Source: Thermoproteota archaeon
GTDB lineage: Archaea > Korarchaeota > Korarchaeia > Korarchaeales > Korarchaeaceae
Direction: 5' to 3'
Assembly (NCBI GenBank): GCA_027492205.1
Contig: JAOZFN010000007.1
Location: 150,045-214,044 of the forward strand
DNA: 64,000 bases
Within the stretch, counting starts at the first letter, position 1. Each line of letters begins with the position of its first letter. The notes below the pieces were generated by a model. The model was not told the origin of the DNA, made no database searches, and saw only the letters and a list, made by a program, of their open reading frames with translations. Of this stretch, positions 50,165 through 60,550 are shown piece by piece. The translations under genes were made by a program, and so were the position numbers.

Positions 50165-52717
50165 ATGGTTCGCCTTGTGGCGTCGGGGAATTCGCTCGGA
50201 GAGGCGTCTCAATTGGTGCCCGCCGCGGGTAGAGTGGGCTACCTTCTCTCGGTCTACTACGAGGGTTCTGAGAGGAAAGCTGTCGCCAAGTTGTACGACC
50301 CAGAGAGCGGGGAAATCTTTCACGTCCCGGACTGGACGGGCCACAGGCCCTACCTCCTCACCGACGCAAGGCCGGAAGAGGTAGAGGAGCTTGCCGGTAG
50401 GTTGGCCGCCAGGATCGCGGGCTACGCTCCCTCAGAGAAGTGGGACGTGGTCAGGCTCAGGAAGGCCAGGCTGACCAGGGTGGAGACGAAGGACCCGCTC
50501 GCGGTCGGAGGAGATAGGGGCGGCGGGCTCAGGGAACTCCTTGGAAGGGCGGGTCACCAGGTGTGGGAGGCTCGGATAAAGTACTATGAGAGCTACATAT
50601 ACGACGTCGGGCTGATCCCCGGCCTCCCCTACAGGGTGAGCGAGGACGGGAGGCTTGAGCCGCTGATCCCGGACGACGTCAAACTTCCACGCCTCGCCCA
50701 CACGCTCTCGGACGAGGCGAGCCGGCGCCTCATGGAAGATATCGCCAGGATACTTGAGGTCAGGGCTCCAAAGATGCGGAGCGTGGCCTTAGACATAGAG
50801 GTGGCCGCCGCCGAGAATCAAATCCCCTCCGTCAAGGAGGTGAGGCATCCGGTCATAGCCGCGGCCCTGGCCGGGGACGACGAGAACGAGGTCCACCTGC
50901 TAAGGAGGGGCGCGCCTGAGGTACCGGGGGAGATCGACGGTGCCAGGGTGGTGGTGCACGAGAGTGAGGCCGAGCTGATTAGGACCGTTTTGGACAAGAT
51001 CTCTAGGTACCCGGTCGTGTTCACCTTCAATGGCGACGGGTTCGACATGCCCTACCTCGCCAAGAGGGCGCAGGAGCTGGGGGTGAATCCGAGGCCAATA
51101 AGGCTCGAGCGAGACCGGGCTCTCCTCGACACCGGCGTCCATATAGACCTCTACCAGCTATACAGCAACAGGTCGGTGCAGGTCTACATCTTTGGGGGCA
51201 AGTACCTGGGGACGACCCTGGACGAGATAGCCCAGGCGATAGTTGGCGTAGGGAAGCTGGAGGTCGGCAGGGACTTCACATCCATCGAGACCGCAAGGCT
51301 GGCCAGCTACTGTTACAGAGACGCTAAGATCACCCACATGCTGGGAAACGTCCTGGACGGAAGGCTCATCGACCTTCTCATGCTGTTCGCCCGTCTGAGC
51401 AAGCTCCCGCTGGAGGACGTGGCGAGGCTGGGTATCTCCCAGTGGATCAAGAACATGGTCTACTTCGAGTACAGGAGGAGAGACTGGCTGATTCCCAACA
51501 AGGAGGAGATAATCCTCGTCAGGGGGGCAGAGACCTACAGCAGGGCGCTGATCAAGGGAAAGAAGTACATGGGGGCGATAGTGCTTGAGCCGGTCCCGGG
51601 CGTGCACTTCGACGTTCACGTCATGGACTTCGCGAGCCTGTACCCCAGCATAATTGCCCGGTGGGGGGTGAGCTTTGAGACCGTGAACTGCCCGCACACG
51701 GAGTGCCGTTCTAACAGGCCTGTTGAAGGGCTCCCACACTGGATATGCACCCACGATGAGGTCGGCCTCATCCCCAAGCTAATCGGGGTCCTCAGGGACC
51801 TCAGGGTGGGGTGGTACAAGAGGCTGGCTAGGGACAGGAGCCTGCCGGAGGAGCAGAGGCGCTGGTATGACGTGATCCAAAGTGGGCTCAAGGTTCTCCT
51901 CAACGCATCTTACGGGGTCTTCGGATATGAGAACTTCCCACTGTACTCCCCTCCGGCGGCCGAGATGATAACGGCCCTTGCGAGGAAGGCCATGACGACC
52001 GCGCTGAGGATTGCTCGAGAACTCGGGTTGAACGTGGTGTACGGCGACACGGACTCATTGTTCATCAAGGGAGCCTCGGAGGGTGACCTGAGGGCACTGG
52101 AGAGGCGGGTTGAGGAGGATCTGGGGATCGACATAGAGCTGGAGAAGCACTACAGATACGTGATCCTCTCGAGGCTCAAGAAGAACTACTTGGGCGTGAG
52201 AGACGACGGCACCGTTGACATCAAGGGCCTGCTTGGGAAGAAGCGTAACGTCCCGGACCTTGTCAGGCGGGCCTTCGCCGAGGTGATCGACATACTCAGG
52301 TCGGTTCATGACCCGGCCGACTTTGAAGGCGCCAGGAGGGAGATCAAGGAGAAGATCAGGGAGTACGTGAACCGACTCAGGAACAGGGAGTTCAGCCTCG
52401 AGGAGGTCTCGTTCAGGATGGTACTGACCAAGCCTCTAAAGTCCTACGTGAAGACGACCCCTCAACACGTAAAGGCGGCCAAGATGCTCGAGGCTAGAGG
52501 CACCCGGGTTTACCCAGGGACCGTGATTGAGTTCGTGAAAACAACGGGCCGCCAGGGCGTGAAGCCGGTTTCTCTGGCCAAGAAGGAGGAGGTGGACATC
52601 CAGAAGTACATGGAGATCATGAAGACCACTTTCGAGCAGATACTCGACGTGCTGGGCATAGACTTCGACGAGGTTGCCGGAGGCGTCTCTGAGGAGGGGC
52701 TGGCGGCCTACTTCTGA
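50165..52717 (+). CDS. polB: Family-B DNA polymerase, replicative type (PolB1)
   Basis: 850 aa. Exo I (LDIEV), Exo II (TFNGDGFDMPYL), Exo III (YCYRDAK), motif A (DFASLYPSII), motif B (KVLLNASYGVFG) and motif C (VVYGDTDSLFI) are all canonical. The true start is probably a downstream GTG (50216 or 50234). Confidence 0.92.
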   Translation: MVRLVASGNSLGEASQLVPAAGRVGYLLSVYYEGSERKAVAKLYDPESGEIFHVPDWTGHRPYLLTDARPEEVEELAGRLAARIAGYAPSEKWDVVRLRKARLTRVETKDPLAVGGDRGGGLRELLGRAGHQVWEARIKYYESYIYDVGLIPGLPYRVSEDGRLEPLIPDDVKLPRLAHTLSDEASRRLMEDIARILEVRAPKMRSVALDIEVAAAENQIPSVKEVRHPVIAAALAGDDENEVHLLRRGAPEVPGEIDGARVVVHESEAELIRTVLDKISRYPVVFTFNGDGFDMPYLAKRAQELGVNPRPIRLERDRALLDTGVHIDLYQLYSNRSVQVYIFGGKYLGTTLDEIAQAIVGVGKLEVGRDFTSIETARLASYCYRDAKITHMLGNVLDGRLIDLLMLFARLSKLPLEDVARLGISQWIKNMVYFEYRRRDWLIPNKEEIILVRGAETYSRALIKGKKYMGAIVLEPVPGVHFDVHVMDFASLYPSIIARWGVSFETVNCPHTECRSNRPVEGLPHWICTHDEVGLIPKLIGVLRDLRVGWYKRLARDRSLPEEQRRWYDVIQSGLKVLLNASYGVFGYENFPLYSPPAAEMITALARKAMTTALRIARELGLNVVYGDTDSLFIKGASEGDLRALERRVEEDLGIDIELEKHYRYVILSRLKKNYLGVRDDGTVDIKGLLGKKRNVPDLVRRAFAEVIDILRSVHDPADFEGARREIKEKIREYVNRLRNREFSLEEVSFRMVLTKPLKSYVKTTPQHVKAAKMLEARGTRVYPGTVIEFVKTTGRQGVKPVSLAKKEEVDIQKYMEIMKTTFEQILDVLGIDFDEVAGGVSEEGLAAYF

Positions 52718-54636
52718 CCGCCCATCATCTCCTCCATGGCGGCCCTTAGCTTCCTGCTGACCACGGAACCGTCTACTCTGCCGCGGACGACAGACATCAC
52801 CCTGCCCATGAGCCTGCCGAACGCCCGCATCCCGACCCTCTGTACTACCTCACGCTCCTCGTACAGCACCCTCCTGATTATCTCGTCAAGCTCCTCTTCG
52901 CTCATAGTGAGGCTCGCGGCCAGGTCAGAGGGGTCCAATTCGGGGTTCTCCGCGAGCTTCCTGAACACATTGGGGATGGCCTCCTTGGCTAGGCGACCCT
53001 CCGCCACCAGCCTGAGAGTGGTCTCCAGCGCCGAGTCGGGGATCCTGTGCACAGCAACCCCCTCCCCAGCCAGCCCTCGCAGCGTCGACGTGAGAGTAGA
53101 TGCTATGAACCGGGGGGACAGGCCTGAGATCTCTGAGGCGACCCTCTCAAACTGCGCAATGCGCCCATCGTCCAGCAACATGTTGGCCAGGTCCTCGGTG
53201 AGGCCGTAGTGGGTCACGAGCCTTGAGATAACCCTGTCCGGCATCTCTGGGAGACCTCTGGCAAGTATCTTCCTCACTAGAGGGCCGGTCACCACAGGTA
53301 GCACGTCCGTTTCAGGGTACATCCTGGCGGAGCCCGGGAGAGGTCTCATGAATGCCGTGTTTCCGTCCGGTAGGGCTCTCCTGGTCTCCTCAGGTACTCC
53401 GAGCGCGGCCTGCATCACCCTCCTCCTGACCGCGTCCAGCGCCAGCTTGGCCTTTTCGCCGGAGGCGAGCACCAGCACGAACGCGTCGGACCTGTCAAGT
53501 CCGGCCTCCCTGTAGAGGTAGGACAGCTCTTGCTCCGTGATCCCGTACCCCGGCAGCTCGTCTGAGTGCAGGATTCCGGCGACGCCCCCGAAGACCTTGG
53601 CATAGTCCGAGAGTTCCGTACCGAACCTCCTGTTTGGCTGAACCTCCCTCCCGAGCAGGCCGCCCATTCCGGGCAGCTTGAGGAGCAGGGCCTTGGATCC
53701 CCTGGACAGGGACCGGCGCACTAGCTTAGACTTCGATCCACTCAGATGCTCGGTCACGTCCAGCGTCTCGGCCGATTCGAACGAGGAGGGGGACAGCCCC
53801 CTGGACCTCATCTCGTCGCGGATTCTGAGCAGGTTCACCTGCCTGAGGGCTTCTCTCCTGACGACCTCGCTTATCAGATCGAGCTCCTGAACCCCCTTGA
53901 TCTCCTGCCTGGCGCCCCCCTCTATGCTGACGTTGAGATCCTGCCTTATGCTCCCAATCCCCCTCTGGACCCTGCCCGTGGCTCTCAGTATGCGGCCAAG
54001 CTTCAGCGCGGCCTCCTTCGCCTGGTCCGGGGACCTGATGTCGGCCCCAGTGGCCAGCTCTATCAGGGGAATGCCGAGCCTGTCCAGCCTGTATCGGGCC
54101 CCCTGTGGCGTGGTCTCCACGATATAGGCAGATTCCTCCTCCAAGCACAGGGTAGAGAGCCTGACCTCCCCCTCCGAAGTCTCGATCGCGCTCTTCTCCC
54201 CACCGAGGGCCACCAGGGCCGTGCGCTGGAACCCCGTGGTGTTGCTCCCGTCAACCACTATCTTCCTCATGACATGGACCTCGTCCACGACATCCATGTT
54301 CAGCATCAGGGCGACCTCTATGGAGACCTCTAGGGCCTCAAGGTTCAGGGGGAGGGGCGGCGCCTCATCGAGCTCGACCTCGCAGGTGCTGTCGGAGTAG
54401 GCGCCGTACTCAAACACCCTGGCCCTGAGCGTCTCAAACCTGGCAGCCGGATCTATGGACCCCAGCTCGCTGTAGGAGACGCGGAGCCTCCTCCTGACCC
54501 AAAGGTGAGGTTCGTCGTGCCTCATGAGGGGAGGGCAGTGACAGAACAGCTTCTCCCTCGTGGCCAGCCTCTGGTGAATCTCTATTCCGACCCTGAGCCC
54601 CAGCTCGCGGTAGTCGAGGTCAGCCACCTCGGGCAC
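52708..54636 (-). CDS. gatE: Glutamyl-tRNA(Gln) amidotransferase subunit E
   Basis: 642 aa. The N-terminus YRELGLRVGIEIHQRL...LFCHCP and a GatB-like core with an AspRS-like insertion are present. It overlaps gatD by 17 nt. Confidence 0.92.
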   Translation of the reverse strand: MPEVADLDYRELGLRVGIEIHQRLATREKLFCHCPPLMRHDEPHLWVRRRLRVSYSELGSIDPAARFETLRARVFEYGAYSDSTCEVELDEAPPLPLNLEALEVSIEVALMLNMDVVDEVHVMRKIVVDGSNTTGFQRTALVALGGEKSAIETSEGEVRLSTLCLEEESAYIVETTPQGARYRLDRLGIPLIELATGADIRSPDQAKEAALKLGRILRATGRVQRGIGSIRQDLNVSIEGGARQEIKGVQELDLISEVVRREALRQVNLLRIRDEMRSRGLSPSSFESAETLDVTEHLSGSKSKLVRRSLSRGSKALLLKLPGMGGLLGREVQPNRRFGTELSDYAKVFGGVAGILHSDELPGYGITEQELSYLYREAGLDRSDAFVLVLASGEKAKLALDAVRRRVMQAALGVPEETRRALPDGNTAFMRPLPGSARMYPETDVLPVVTGPLVRKILARGLPEMPDRVISRLVTHYGLTEDLANMLLDDGRIAQFERVASEISGLSPRFIASTLTSTLRGLAGEGVAVHRIPDSALETTLRLVAEGRLAKEAIPNVFRKLAENPELDPSDLAASLTMSEEELDEIIRRVLYEEREVVQRVGMRAFGRLMGRVMSVVRGRVDGSVVSRKLRAAMEEMMGGQK

Positions 54637-55999
54637 CTCCCGAGAAGCAGGGCGGATAGGCCGAGGGGCTGATGGTCTCCGTCAGCTCGCCCACTTGGCT
54701 GGTTGTCATGAACCTCCTGAGGTCCTCGCCCTCCATGCCCCTGCCCAAGGCTACCATGAGCTTCACCGTGGCCACCTCAGGGAGCGTGTCGGCCGCCGGT
54801 ATCACGCCGGCCTGGAGCATCCTCCTGCCCGTGGCGTAGACCTTCAGATCCACTCTCCCAAACAGGCACTGAGAGGTCACCACTACGGGGATTCCGGAGT
54901 CCACTATCTCCCCTATCTCGTCGACGATTCTATTTGGGACGTGTCCAAGCCCAGTCCCGGCCATGACTATCCCCCTGTAGCCCGACGAGACTACAGCCTC
55001 CAAGAGGTCCCGTTCAATTCCTGGCCAGGAGTGGACCAGCGCGACGCGCGGCTCGATCTCGACCCTGGCCACCACCTCGGTAGGTTCGCTCGGCCTCCTC
55101 CTGAACCTGGGGTTCAGTATCTCTATACTCTTCTCGGTCACCCTTGCTAGGGGGGCCTCGTTCACCGACATGAAGGCGTCTCTCCTGGAGGTGTGCATCT
55201 TCCTCGCCCTGACTCCCCTGATCACCCAGGCGAAGTCGTCCGAGGTGCTGCCGTGCATGACTATCACGGACTCCGCCATTGGCCCCTCGGCCGCTACCCT
55301 GACGGCCGCGGTGACATTCAGGACCGCGTCCGTGCTAGGTCGATCTATAGACCTCTGCGAGCCGACTAGCACCACGGGTCCAGTCAGGCCCTCCAGCATG
55401 AAGGCCAGCGCGGACGCCGTGTAGTGCATTGTGTCTGTTCCGTGGGCCACCACGACCCCGCTCGCTCCGGAGTTAAACTCCTCAGCCACCTTCTTCGCTA
55501 TCCTGCCCCACTCCTCTGGTCTGATGTCCTCGCTGAGCTTCGCCATCAGTGGGACGTAGGAGACGTTCGCCAGCTCGGCGATCTCCGGAATGAGGTCGAT
55601 GAGTTCTTCGGGAGTCTCGGTGGGCTTAACCGCGCCTGTGGAGTAGTCGACTCTGGAGGCTATGGTGCCACCCGTCACCACGATAGGGACTGATGGGAGA
55701 CCCTCTCTGGGGGACACTCTCGGGGGAGAGGGCCTCTCGGGCGGTCTCGCTCTGCCCAGCACCTCGACGGAGGAGATCTTCTCTACGTCAATTCCCACGT
55801 TGTACCCGTTGGACATCTTCAGGACGACGTGGAGGTCGTCCAGAATCTCGGGCCTGGGCATTAGGATGCCCTCATAGATCCTTCTTCCCGCGGTAACCCT
55901 CAGCAGGTCGTAGTCCTTGGCTCCGGCTGACTCCAACAGCTCTCTGGCTCTTCCGGAGTAAGAGAGGTTCATCCCGTAGGGTCTCCCCTTGGTCAACAA
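54620..55999 (-). CDS. gatD: Glutamyl-tRNA(Gln) amidotransferase subunit D (asparaginase-like)
   Basis: 459 aa. An asparaginase-type core follows an N-terminal domain: VTGGTIAS and HGTDTMHYTA. Confidence 0.92.
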   Translation of the reverse strand: MLTKGRPYGMNLSYSGRARELLESAGAKDYDLLRVTAGRRIYEGILMPRPEILDDLHVVLKMSNGYNVGIDVEKISSVEVLGRARPPERPSPPRVSPREGLPSVPIVVTGGTIASRVDYSTGAVKPTETPEELIDLIPEIAELANVSYVPLMAKLSEDIRPEEWGRIAKKVAEEFNSGASGVVVAHGTDTMHYTASALAFMLEGLTGPVVLVGSQRSIDRPSTDAVLNVTAAVRVAAEGPMAESVIVMHGSTSDDFAWVIRGVRARKMHTSRRDAFMSVNEAPLARVTEKSIEILNPRFRRRPSEPTEVVARVEIEPRVALVHSWPGIERDLLEAVVSSGYRGIVMAGTGLGHVPNRIVDEIGEIVDSGIPVVVTSQCLFGRVDLKVYATGRRMLQAGVIPAADTLPEVATVKLMVALGRGMEGEDLRRFMTTSQVGELTETISPSAYPPCFSGGARGG

Positions 56000-56011
56000 A
56001 AACGGTGTCGG

Positions 56012-57250
56012 TCACCGATCGCTCCGCGACGCTCCACCTCGCCCAAGCTTCGCGTGACTGCGGGCGAGCGAACCCTCGGCCAGAGAAGCTAGCAGGGAGA
56101 GTTCTCCTGCGAGCGCCGTCGCGGCCACGATCTCCGCGAACTTCCGTGCGTTGGAGCCGGGGGGGTCCCCCCCTCCTGCGCAGCCCAGCGACTCAAGCGC
56201 GGCCCTCGCGTAGGGCAGCCTGGTGCCACCCCCCACGGTGCCGACCTCTAGAGATGGGAGGGTCAAGGACACGTACACGCCGTCCTCCCACCGCTCGACC
56301 GTGGTGATCCCCGTGCTCGACTCCACCACCTGAGCTGGATCCTGGCCATACGCGATGAACATGGCGGCCACGACATTCGCGACGTTGGCGTTGAAGCCGC
56401 CCAGGGTCCCTGCCACCGACGACCCGAGCTGGTTCTTCCTCCAGCTGACCTCTACGAGCCTCTCTGGCGTGGTCTTCAGCCTCTTGTGCAGGAGTTCCGA
56501 TGGGATGAAGACCTCCGCCACGACGGTCTTTCCGCGGCCGGTGATCCAGTTCACGGCTGCCGCCTTCTTGTCGGAGCACACGTTCCCGCTGAGCGCCACT
56601 GGATCTATGTCCGGGAACAGCTCTGATATCCCCCTGACTATTCTGTCGGCCGACAGGGTGACCATGTTCATGCCCATGGCGTCCCCCGTCTCGAACACGA
56701 GCCTGAGGAAGACCGTCCGGCCGGCCTGGAGAGGCTGAACCTGCTTTAGCCTCCCGTGCCTAGTGACCTCCCTAACCCATTCGGCGAGTTGATCGCTGTT
56801 CTGAACTGCCCACTCCGCAAGTTCGGCCGCTCTGGTCGCGTTCGGTGCGACAAAGGCCGGAGCTCGGGCCATACCGTCTCGGAGCACCTTAGTCTTTGCT
56901 CCTCCAGCCATGGTTATCGTTGTGGCCCCCCTGTTCACTGATGCGACCAGCGCCCCCTCGGTTGTCGCCAGCAGCGGGTAGAACGTCCCCCTCGCGTAGT
57001 CCCCCTCGACTGTCAGCGGCCCTACGACGCCCACCGGCACGCTGACCTCCCCGATCGGGTTCTCGATGTTCCAGCCGACGAGCTTGTTGAAGTCGAGCCT
57101 CGACCGGCGGAGCGGCCCAAGGTCGACCCCTGTGAGCCGCTCCAAGAAGGCCAGCCTCACATCCGCGGCTGCGTTAGAGTCGCCCAGCTCAGAGTCCAGG
57201 TTCCTTAGCCTTATCTCGCCCGAGAGCAGCCTCCTCAGTAGGTCTTCCAA
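56012..57250 (-). CDS. hmgA: HMG-CoA reductase (class I, archaeal)
   Basis: 412 aa. ATTEGALVASVNRG, DAMGMNMV and GTVGGGT are present. Confidence 0.92.
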   Translation of the reverse strand: MEDLLRRLLSGEIRLRNLDSELGDSNAAADVRLAFLERLTGVDLGPLRRSRLDFNKLVGWNIENPIGEVSVPVGVVGPLTVEGDYARGTFYPLLATTEGALVASVNRGATTITMAGGAKTKVLRDGMARAPAFVAPNATRAAELAEWAVQNSDQLAEWVREVTRHGRLKQVQPLQAGRTVFLRLVFETGDAMGMNMVTLSADRIVRGISELFPDIDPVALSGNVCSDKKAAAVNWITGRGKTVVAEVFIPSELLHKRLKTTPERLVEVSWRKNQLGSSVAGTLGGFNANVANVVAAMFIAYGQDPAQVVESSTGITTVERWEDGVYVSLTLPSLEVGTVGGGTRLPYARAALESLGCAGGGDPPGSNARKFAEIVAATALAGELSLLASLAEGSLARSHAKLGRGGASRSDR

Positions 57251-57256
57251 TCGACC

Positions 57257-57670
57257 TCACCGCTCGAGCACTGGCCTGAACTTCAGGCCGTAGGCCACTG
57301 GCCCCCCGTGGCCTCCGACCCTGACCTTCCTCAGCACCGCCTCGACCTCCATGCCCTGGGTGACCTCCTCGGGGTCGACGTCGGTTAGCTGTGAGAAGAT
57401 CCTAGTTCCGTCCTCCAGCTCGATCAGCGCAAGTACGTAGGGCGTGTAGAACTCGTACCCCCGGGGGGCAGAGTGGACCACTGTGTGCTGGAGGACCCTC
57501 CCCCGCCTCGGCAGCCTAACCCTGCTCACGTTCCTTGACCCGCACCTCGGACAGACCTGCCTCGGCGGCAGGGAGCGGAACCCGCAGTCGTGGCACTCAA
57601 AGCCCTCGAGCCTGTAGCGGGAGGGCATCTCACGCTTGATTGGCGGTATGCTCGGGTTGAACGCCCACAT
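57257..57670 (-). CDS. DUF35 OB-fold / zinc-ribbon protein (scaffold of the archaeal thiolase / HMG-CoA synthase complex)
   Basis: 137 aa. It has a CHDCG...CPRCG rubredoxin-like zinc ribbon followed by an OB fold, and it sits between the thiolase and HMG-CoA reductase genes. Confidence 0.85.
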   Translation of the reverse strand: MWAFNPSIPPIKREMPSRYRLEGFECHDCGFRSLPPRQVCPRCGSRNVSRVRLPRRGRVLQHTVVHSAPRGYEFYTPYVLALIELEDGTRIFSQLTDVDPEEVTQGMEVEAVLRKVRVGGHGGPVAYGLKFRPVLER

Positions 57671-57671
57671 C

Positions 57672-58829
57672 TCAGCTCACCCTCCTAAGGATCGTCACCA
57701 CGACGTTGGACCCGGTGCCCCCGACGTTCATGGCGGCGCCCAGCTCCGGGCTCCCCGCCTGGGCCGGGCCCGCCCTGCCAGAAAGCTGCCTATAGAGCTC
57801 CACAAACTGGTACACCCCAGTGGCCCCAACGGGGTGCCCTCTGGCCTTGAGGCCCCCCTCTGGATTGACCGGAAGGCTCCCCGACCTATCGGCGTCGCCT
57901 GACTCTATGAGCCTGCTGGCCTTGCCCGGCTCCACGACGCCCAGCGCCTCTAGGTTCAGGTAGCCCATCACGCTGAACGCGTCGTGCACCTCCAAGACCT
58001 GCAGATCTCTCGGGGTCACCCCGGCCATCTCCATGGCCCTCTTCGCGGCCAACTTTGCTCCCTTGAGCTCTACAAGATCCTCCCGGGTGTACAGCGCCAT
58101 GGTGTCGGTCGCGGATCCGAAGCCCACGAGAGCCACGGAGATCCCCTCTCCGTCCCTCCTCTCGCTGGCGGAGAGGACGGCGGCCGCGGACCCGTCTCCC
58201 ATCGGGGCTGAGTCCAGTAGCTTGATTGGGTCTGCGATCTTCGGGGAGGAGAGGTAGGCTTCCATCGTTATCGGAAACCTCAGCTGGGCATATGGAACGT
58301 CCGACGCGTTCTTGTGCATCAGAATTGGCATCCACCCAAAGTCCTCCTCCCTCAGTCCGTACCTCTGGGCGTAGGCCCTCATGATCAACGCGTTCAGGGA
58401 CACGAAGGAGGCCCCCCAGAACATCTCGTAGTCGGCCTCCGAGGCCGTGGCTAGAGCAGAGGTCACATCCTCCGTGGCTGTCATGTCAGACATCTTCTCA
58501 ACTCCGACCACGAGCACGCGATCGAAGAGGCCAGACTTGATCGCCATAGCCGCGCTGACCACCGCGGCGCCGCCGGAGGCGCATGCCGCCTCGACCTTGA
58601 ACGCGGGGATCCCCGGCAGGCCGAGGTAGTCTGCCACGTACGCGCCCAGATTCTCCTGAGCATTCAGAATGCCCGACATCATGTTTCCGACAAACACCGC
58701 ATCCACGCTATCGACGCCGGCTTCCTCCATGGCGGCCAGGCCGGCCTCGACCGCCAGGTCTCTAAGCCCCTTGTCCCAGAGGTTCCCTATCTTCGTGAGA
58801 CCAGACCCGATCACGTAGACCTCCCGCAT
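57672..58829 (-). CDS. Acetyl-CoA acetyltransferase (archaeal thiolase)
   Basis: 385 aa. It has the active-site region VEAACASGGAAV and C-terminal thiolase motifs (GHPVGATG, NVGGTG). Confidence 0.9.
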   Translation of the reverse strand: MREVYVIGSGLTKIGNLWDKGLRDLAVEAGLAAMEEAGVDSVDAVFVGNMMSGILNAQENLGAYVADYLGLPGIPAFKVEAACASGGAAVVSAAMAIKSGLFDRVLVVGVEKMSDMTATEDVTSALATASEADYEMFWGASFVSLNALIMRAYAQRYGLREEDFGWMPILMHKNASDVPYAQLRFPITMEAYLSSPKIADPIKLLDSAPMGDGSAAAVLSASERRDGEGISVALVGFGSATDTMALYTREDLVELKGAKLAAKRAMEMAGVTPRDLQVLEVHDAFSVMGYLNLEALGVVEPGKASRLIESGDADRSGSLPVNPEGGLKARGHPVGATGVYQFVELYRQLSGRAGPAQAGSPELGAAMNVGGTGSNVVVTILRRVS

Positions 58830-58843
58830 TATCCAGCACCCCC

Positions 58844-59920
58844 TCAGTAGGCCCCCACGTCGGGTGGCATCACATACATCCTCATGCTCCTGGCGTAGTA
58901 GGGGTAGTCCACGTAGACCACCCTCCTGAGGTAGACCTCCAGCTTCGGAGCGCGATTCCTGACCTCTACTATCCTGTCCCTCACCTCGATGTGGAAGGCG
59001 TCGCTGCCGGCTCCAGAACCGAAGGACACCACGAGGATCTTGGCGCCGGGCTCTGCAACGTCGAGGACCGCGGAGAGCCCAACCAGAGAGGAGCCGCTGT
59101 AGGTGTTCCCGATGATGGGGGTTACCAGGCCTGGCTCTATCTGCTCCCTAGTGAAGCCGAGCCTCTTGCCGACCCTTCTCGGGAACTTTCCGTTAGGCTG
59201 GTGGAACACGACGAAGTCGTAGTCCTGCGGGGTGGTCCCCATCTCCTCCATCAGGGCATTGGCCGCCGACGTGATGTGGTGGAAGTAGGCCGGCTCTCCG
59301 GTGAAGGCCCTGGCGTGGGACGGGTACTTCATGTGCGCCCTCCTCCAGAAGTCCGGGGTATCTGTGACGTATGAGTGTGAGGCGACGATCTCCGCGACGG
59401 ACTCCTCTGCCGGCCCGAGCACGAACGCAGCCCCTCCTGCCGAGGCCGTGTACTCCAGGGGATCCCCTGGCGCCCCCTGAGAGGTGTCGGCCCCCACGGC
59501 AAGCCCGTACTTGATCATGCCAGACCCCACCAATCCCGTTACCGCCTGGATGGCCTCCGTACCCGCCTTGCACGCGAACTCGAAGTCCGCTCCCGTCGTC
59601 GCCCCGCTCGCTCCTATGGCCTCCGCAAGTATGGTTGAGGTGGGCTTCACGGCGTAGGGTTTAGACTCGGTGCCGACGTAGACCGCTCCAAGCTCTGACG
59701 GGTCCATTCCCGCCCTGGCGATCGCGTTTTGAGCTGCCTCATACGCTATGGTGAGGGTGTCCTCGTCCAGGCCAGGGACGCTCTTCTCCGTGACCATCAG
59801 ACCAGAGGCGTATCTCTTGTAGTCGCGACCCCAGGCCTGAGCCAGGTCCTCCTCCTTGATACGGTACCGGGGGACGTAGGCTCCCCAGCCCACGATGCCC
59901 ACGGGCCTCTGAGGCTTCAA
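58844..59920 (-). CDS. HMG-CoA synthase (archaeal)
   Basis: 358 aa. [13 protein letters not shown], the FACKAGTEA catalytic Cys region and [10 protein letters not shown] are present. Its start overlaps the iorB stop by 4 nt. Confidence 0.9.
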   Translation of the reverse strand: MKPQRPVGIVGWGAYVPRYRIKEEDLAQAWGRDYKRYASGLMVTEKSVPGLDEDTLTIAYEAAQNAIARAGMDPSELGAVYVGTESKPYAVKPTSTILAEAIGASGATTGADFEFACKAGTEAIQAVTGLVGSGMIKYGLAVGADTSQGAPGDPLEYTASAGGAAFVLGPAEESVAEIVASHSYVTDTPDFWRRAHMKYPSHARAFTGEPAYFHHITSAANALMEEMGTTPQDYDFVVFHQPNGKFPRRVGKRLGFTREQIEPGLVTPIIGNTYSGSSLVGLSAVLDVAEPGAKILVVSFGSGAGSDAFHIEVRDRIVEVRNRAPKLEVYLRRVVYVDYPYYARSMRMYVMPPDVGAY

Positions 59921-60546
59921 GTCGTTTCACCCCCTGAAATCTCGTTGTATCCCATCCAAAAGGCCCTCTCGTTCTCTTCGAGGGCGAACTTGGGGACTCG
60001 GGCCTTGACGGCCTCGATCAACTCATCTGGGCCGATCGGGATGACCCCCGTGGCCGAAAGGGCCCCCAGCATCACCACGTTGACCGTGCGTGGGTTGCCC
60101 GCCCTTATGGCCAAGGAGGCGGCGTCTATCACGTAGATCCTTTCGGGCTCCAGCCTGCTCTCCAAGACTTCGAGCAGGTCCTCCCTCCTAGGATACCTCA
60201 CGTGCCCCGTGAAGTGCGCGAGCGGGTACATGAGAGCGTTGTTCACTACGAGTATTCCGTCGTCTGGCTTGAGCAGGCGCAGGTGCCTAGCCGCCTCCGA
60301 TATCTCAAACCCAACGACTGCATTGGCCCGTCCCGGGGGGATCTTCGGGCTGTAGACCGCGCTCCCCATCCTCACGTGGCTGTAGACCGAGCCCTCCCTC
60401 TGGGCAAGGCCGTGAACGTTGGCTATCCTCACGTTGAGGCCAGCCTTCATTGCGGCTAGGCCGAGCGCGTCGGACGCCACGACGACTCCCTGCCCTCCCA
60501 CCCCGGCGAGGACCACATTCACCTCGTCTACATTGGCGGACGCCAT
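59917..60546 (-). CDS. iorB: Indolepyruvate:ferredoxin oxidoreductase beta subunit
   Basis: 209 aa. [18 protein letters not shown]...[10 protein letters not shown] is typical of IorB and of 2-oxoacid:ferredoxin oxidoreductase gamma-like domains. Confidence 0.85.
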   Translation of the reverse strand: MASANVDEVNVVLAGVGGQGVVVASDALGLAAMKAGLNVRIANVHGLAQREGSVYSHVRMGSAVYSPKIPPGRANAVVGFEISEAARHLRLLKPDDGILVVNNALMYPLAHFTGHVRYPRREDLLEVLESRLEPERIYVIDAASLAIRAGNPRTVNVVMLGALSATGVIPIGPDELIEAVKARVPKFALEENERAFWMGYNEISGGETT

Positions 60547-60550
60547 GGAC

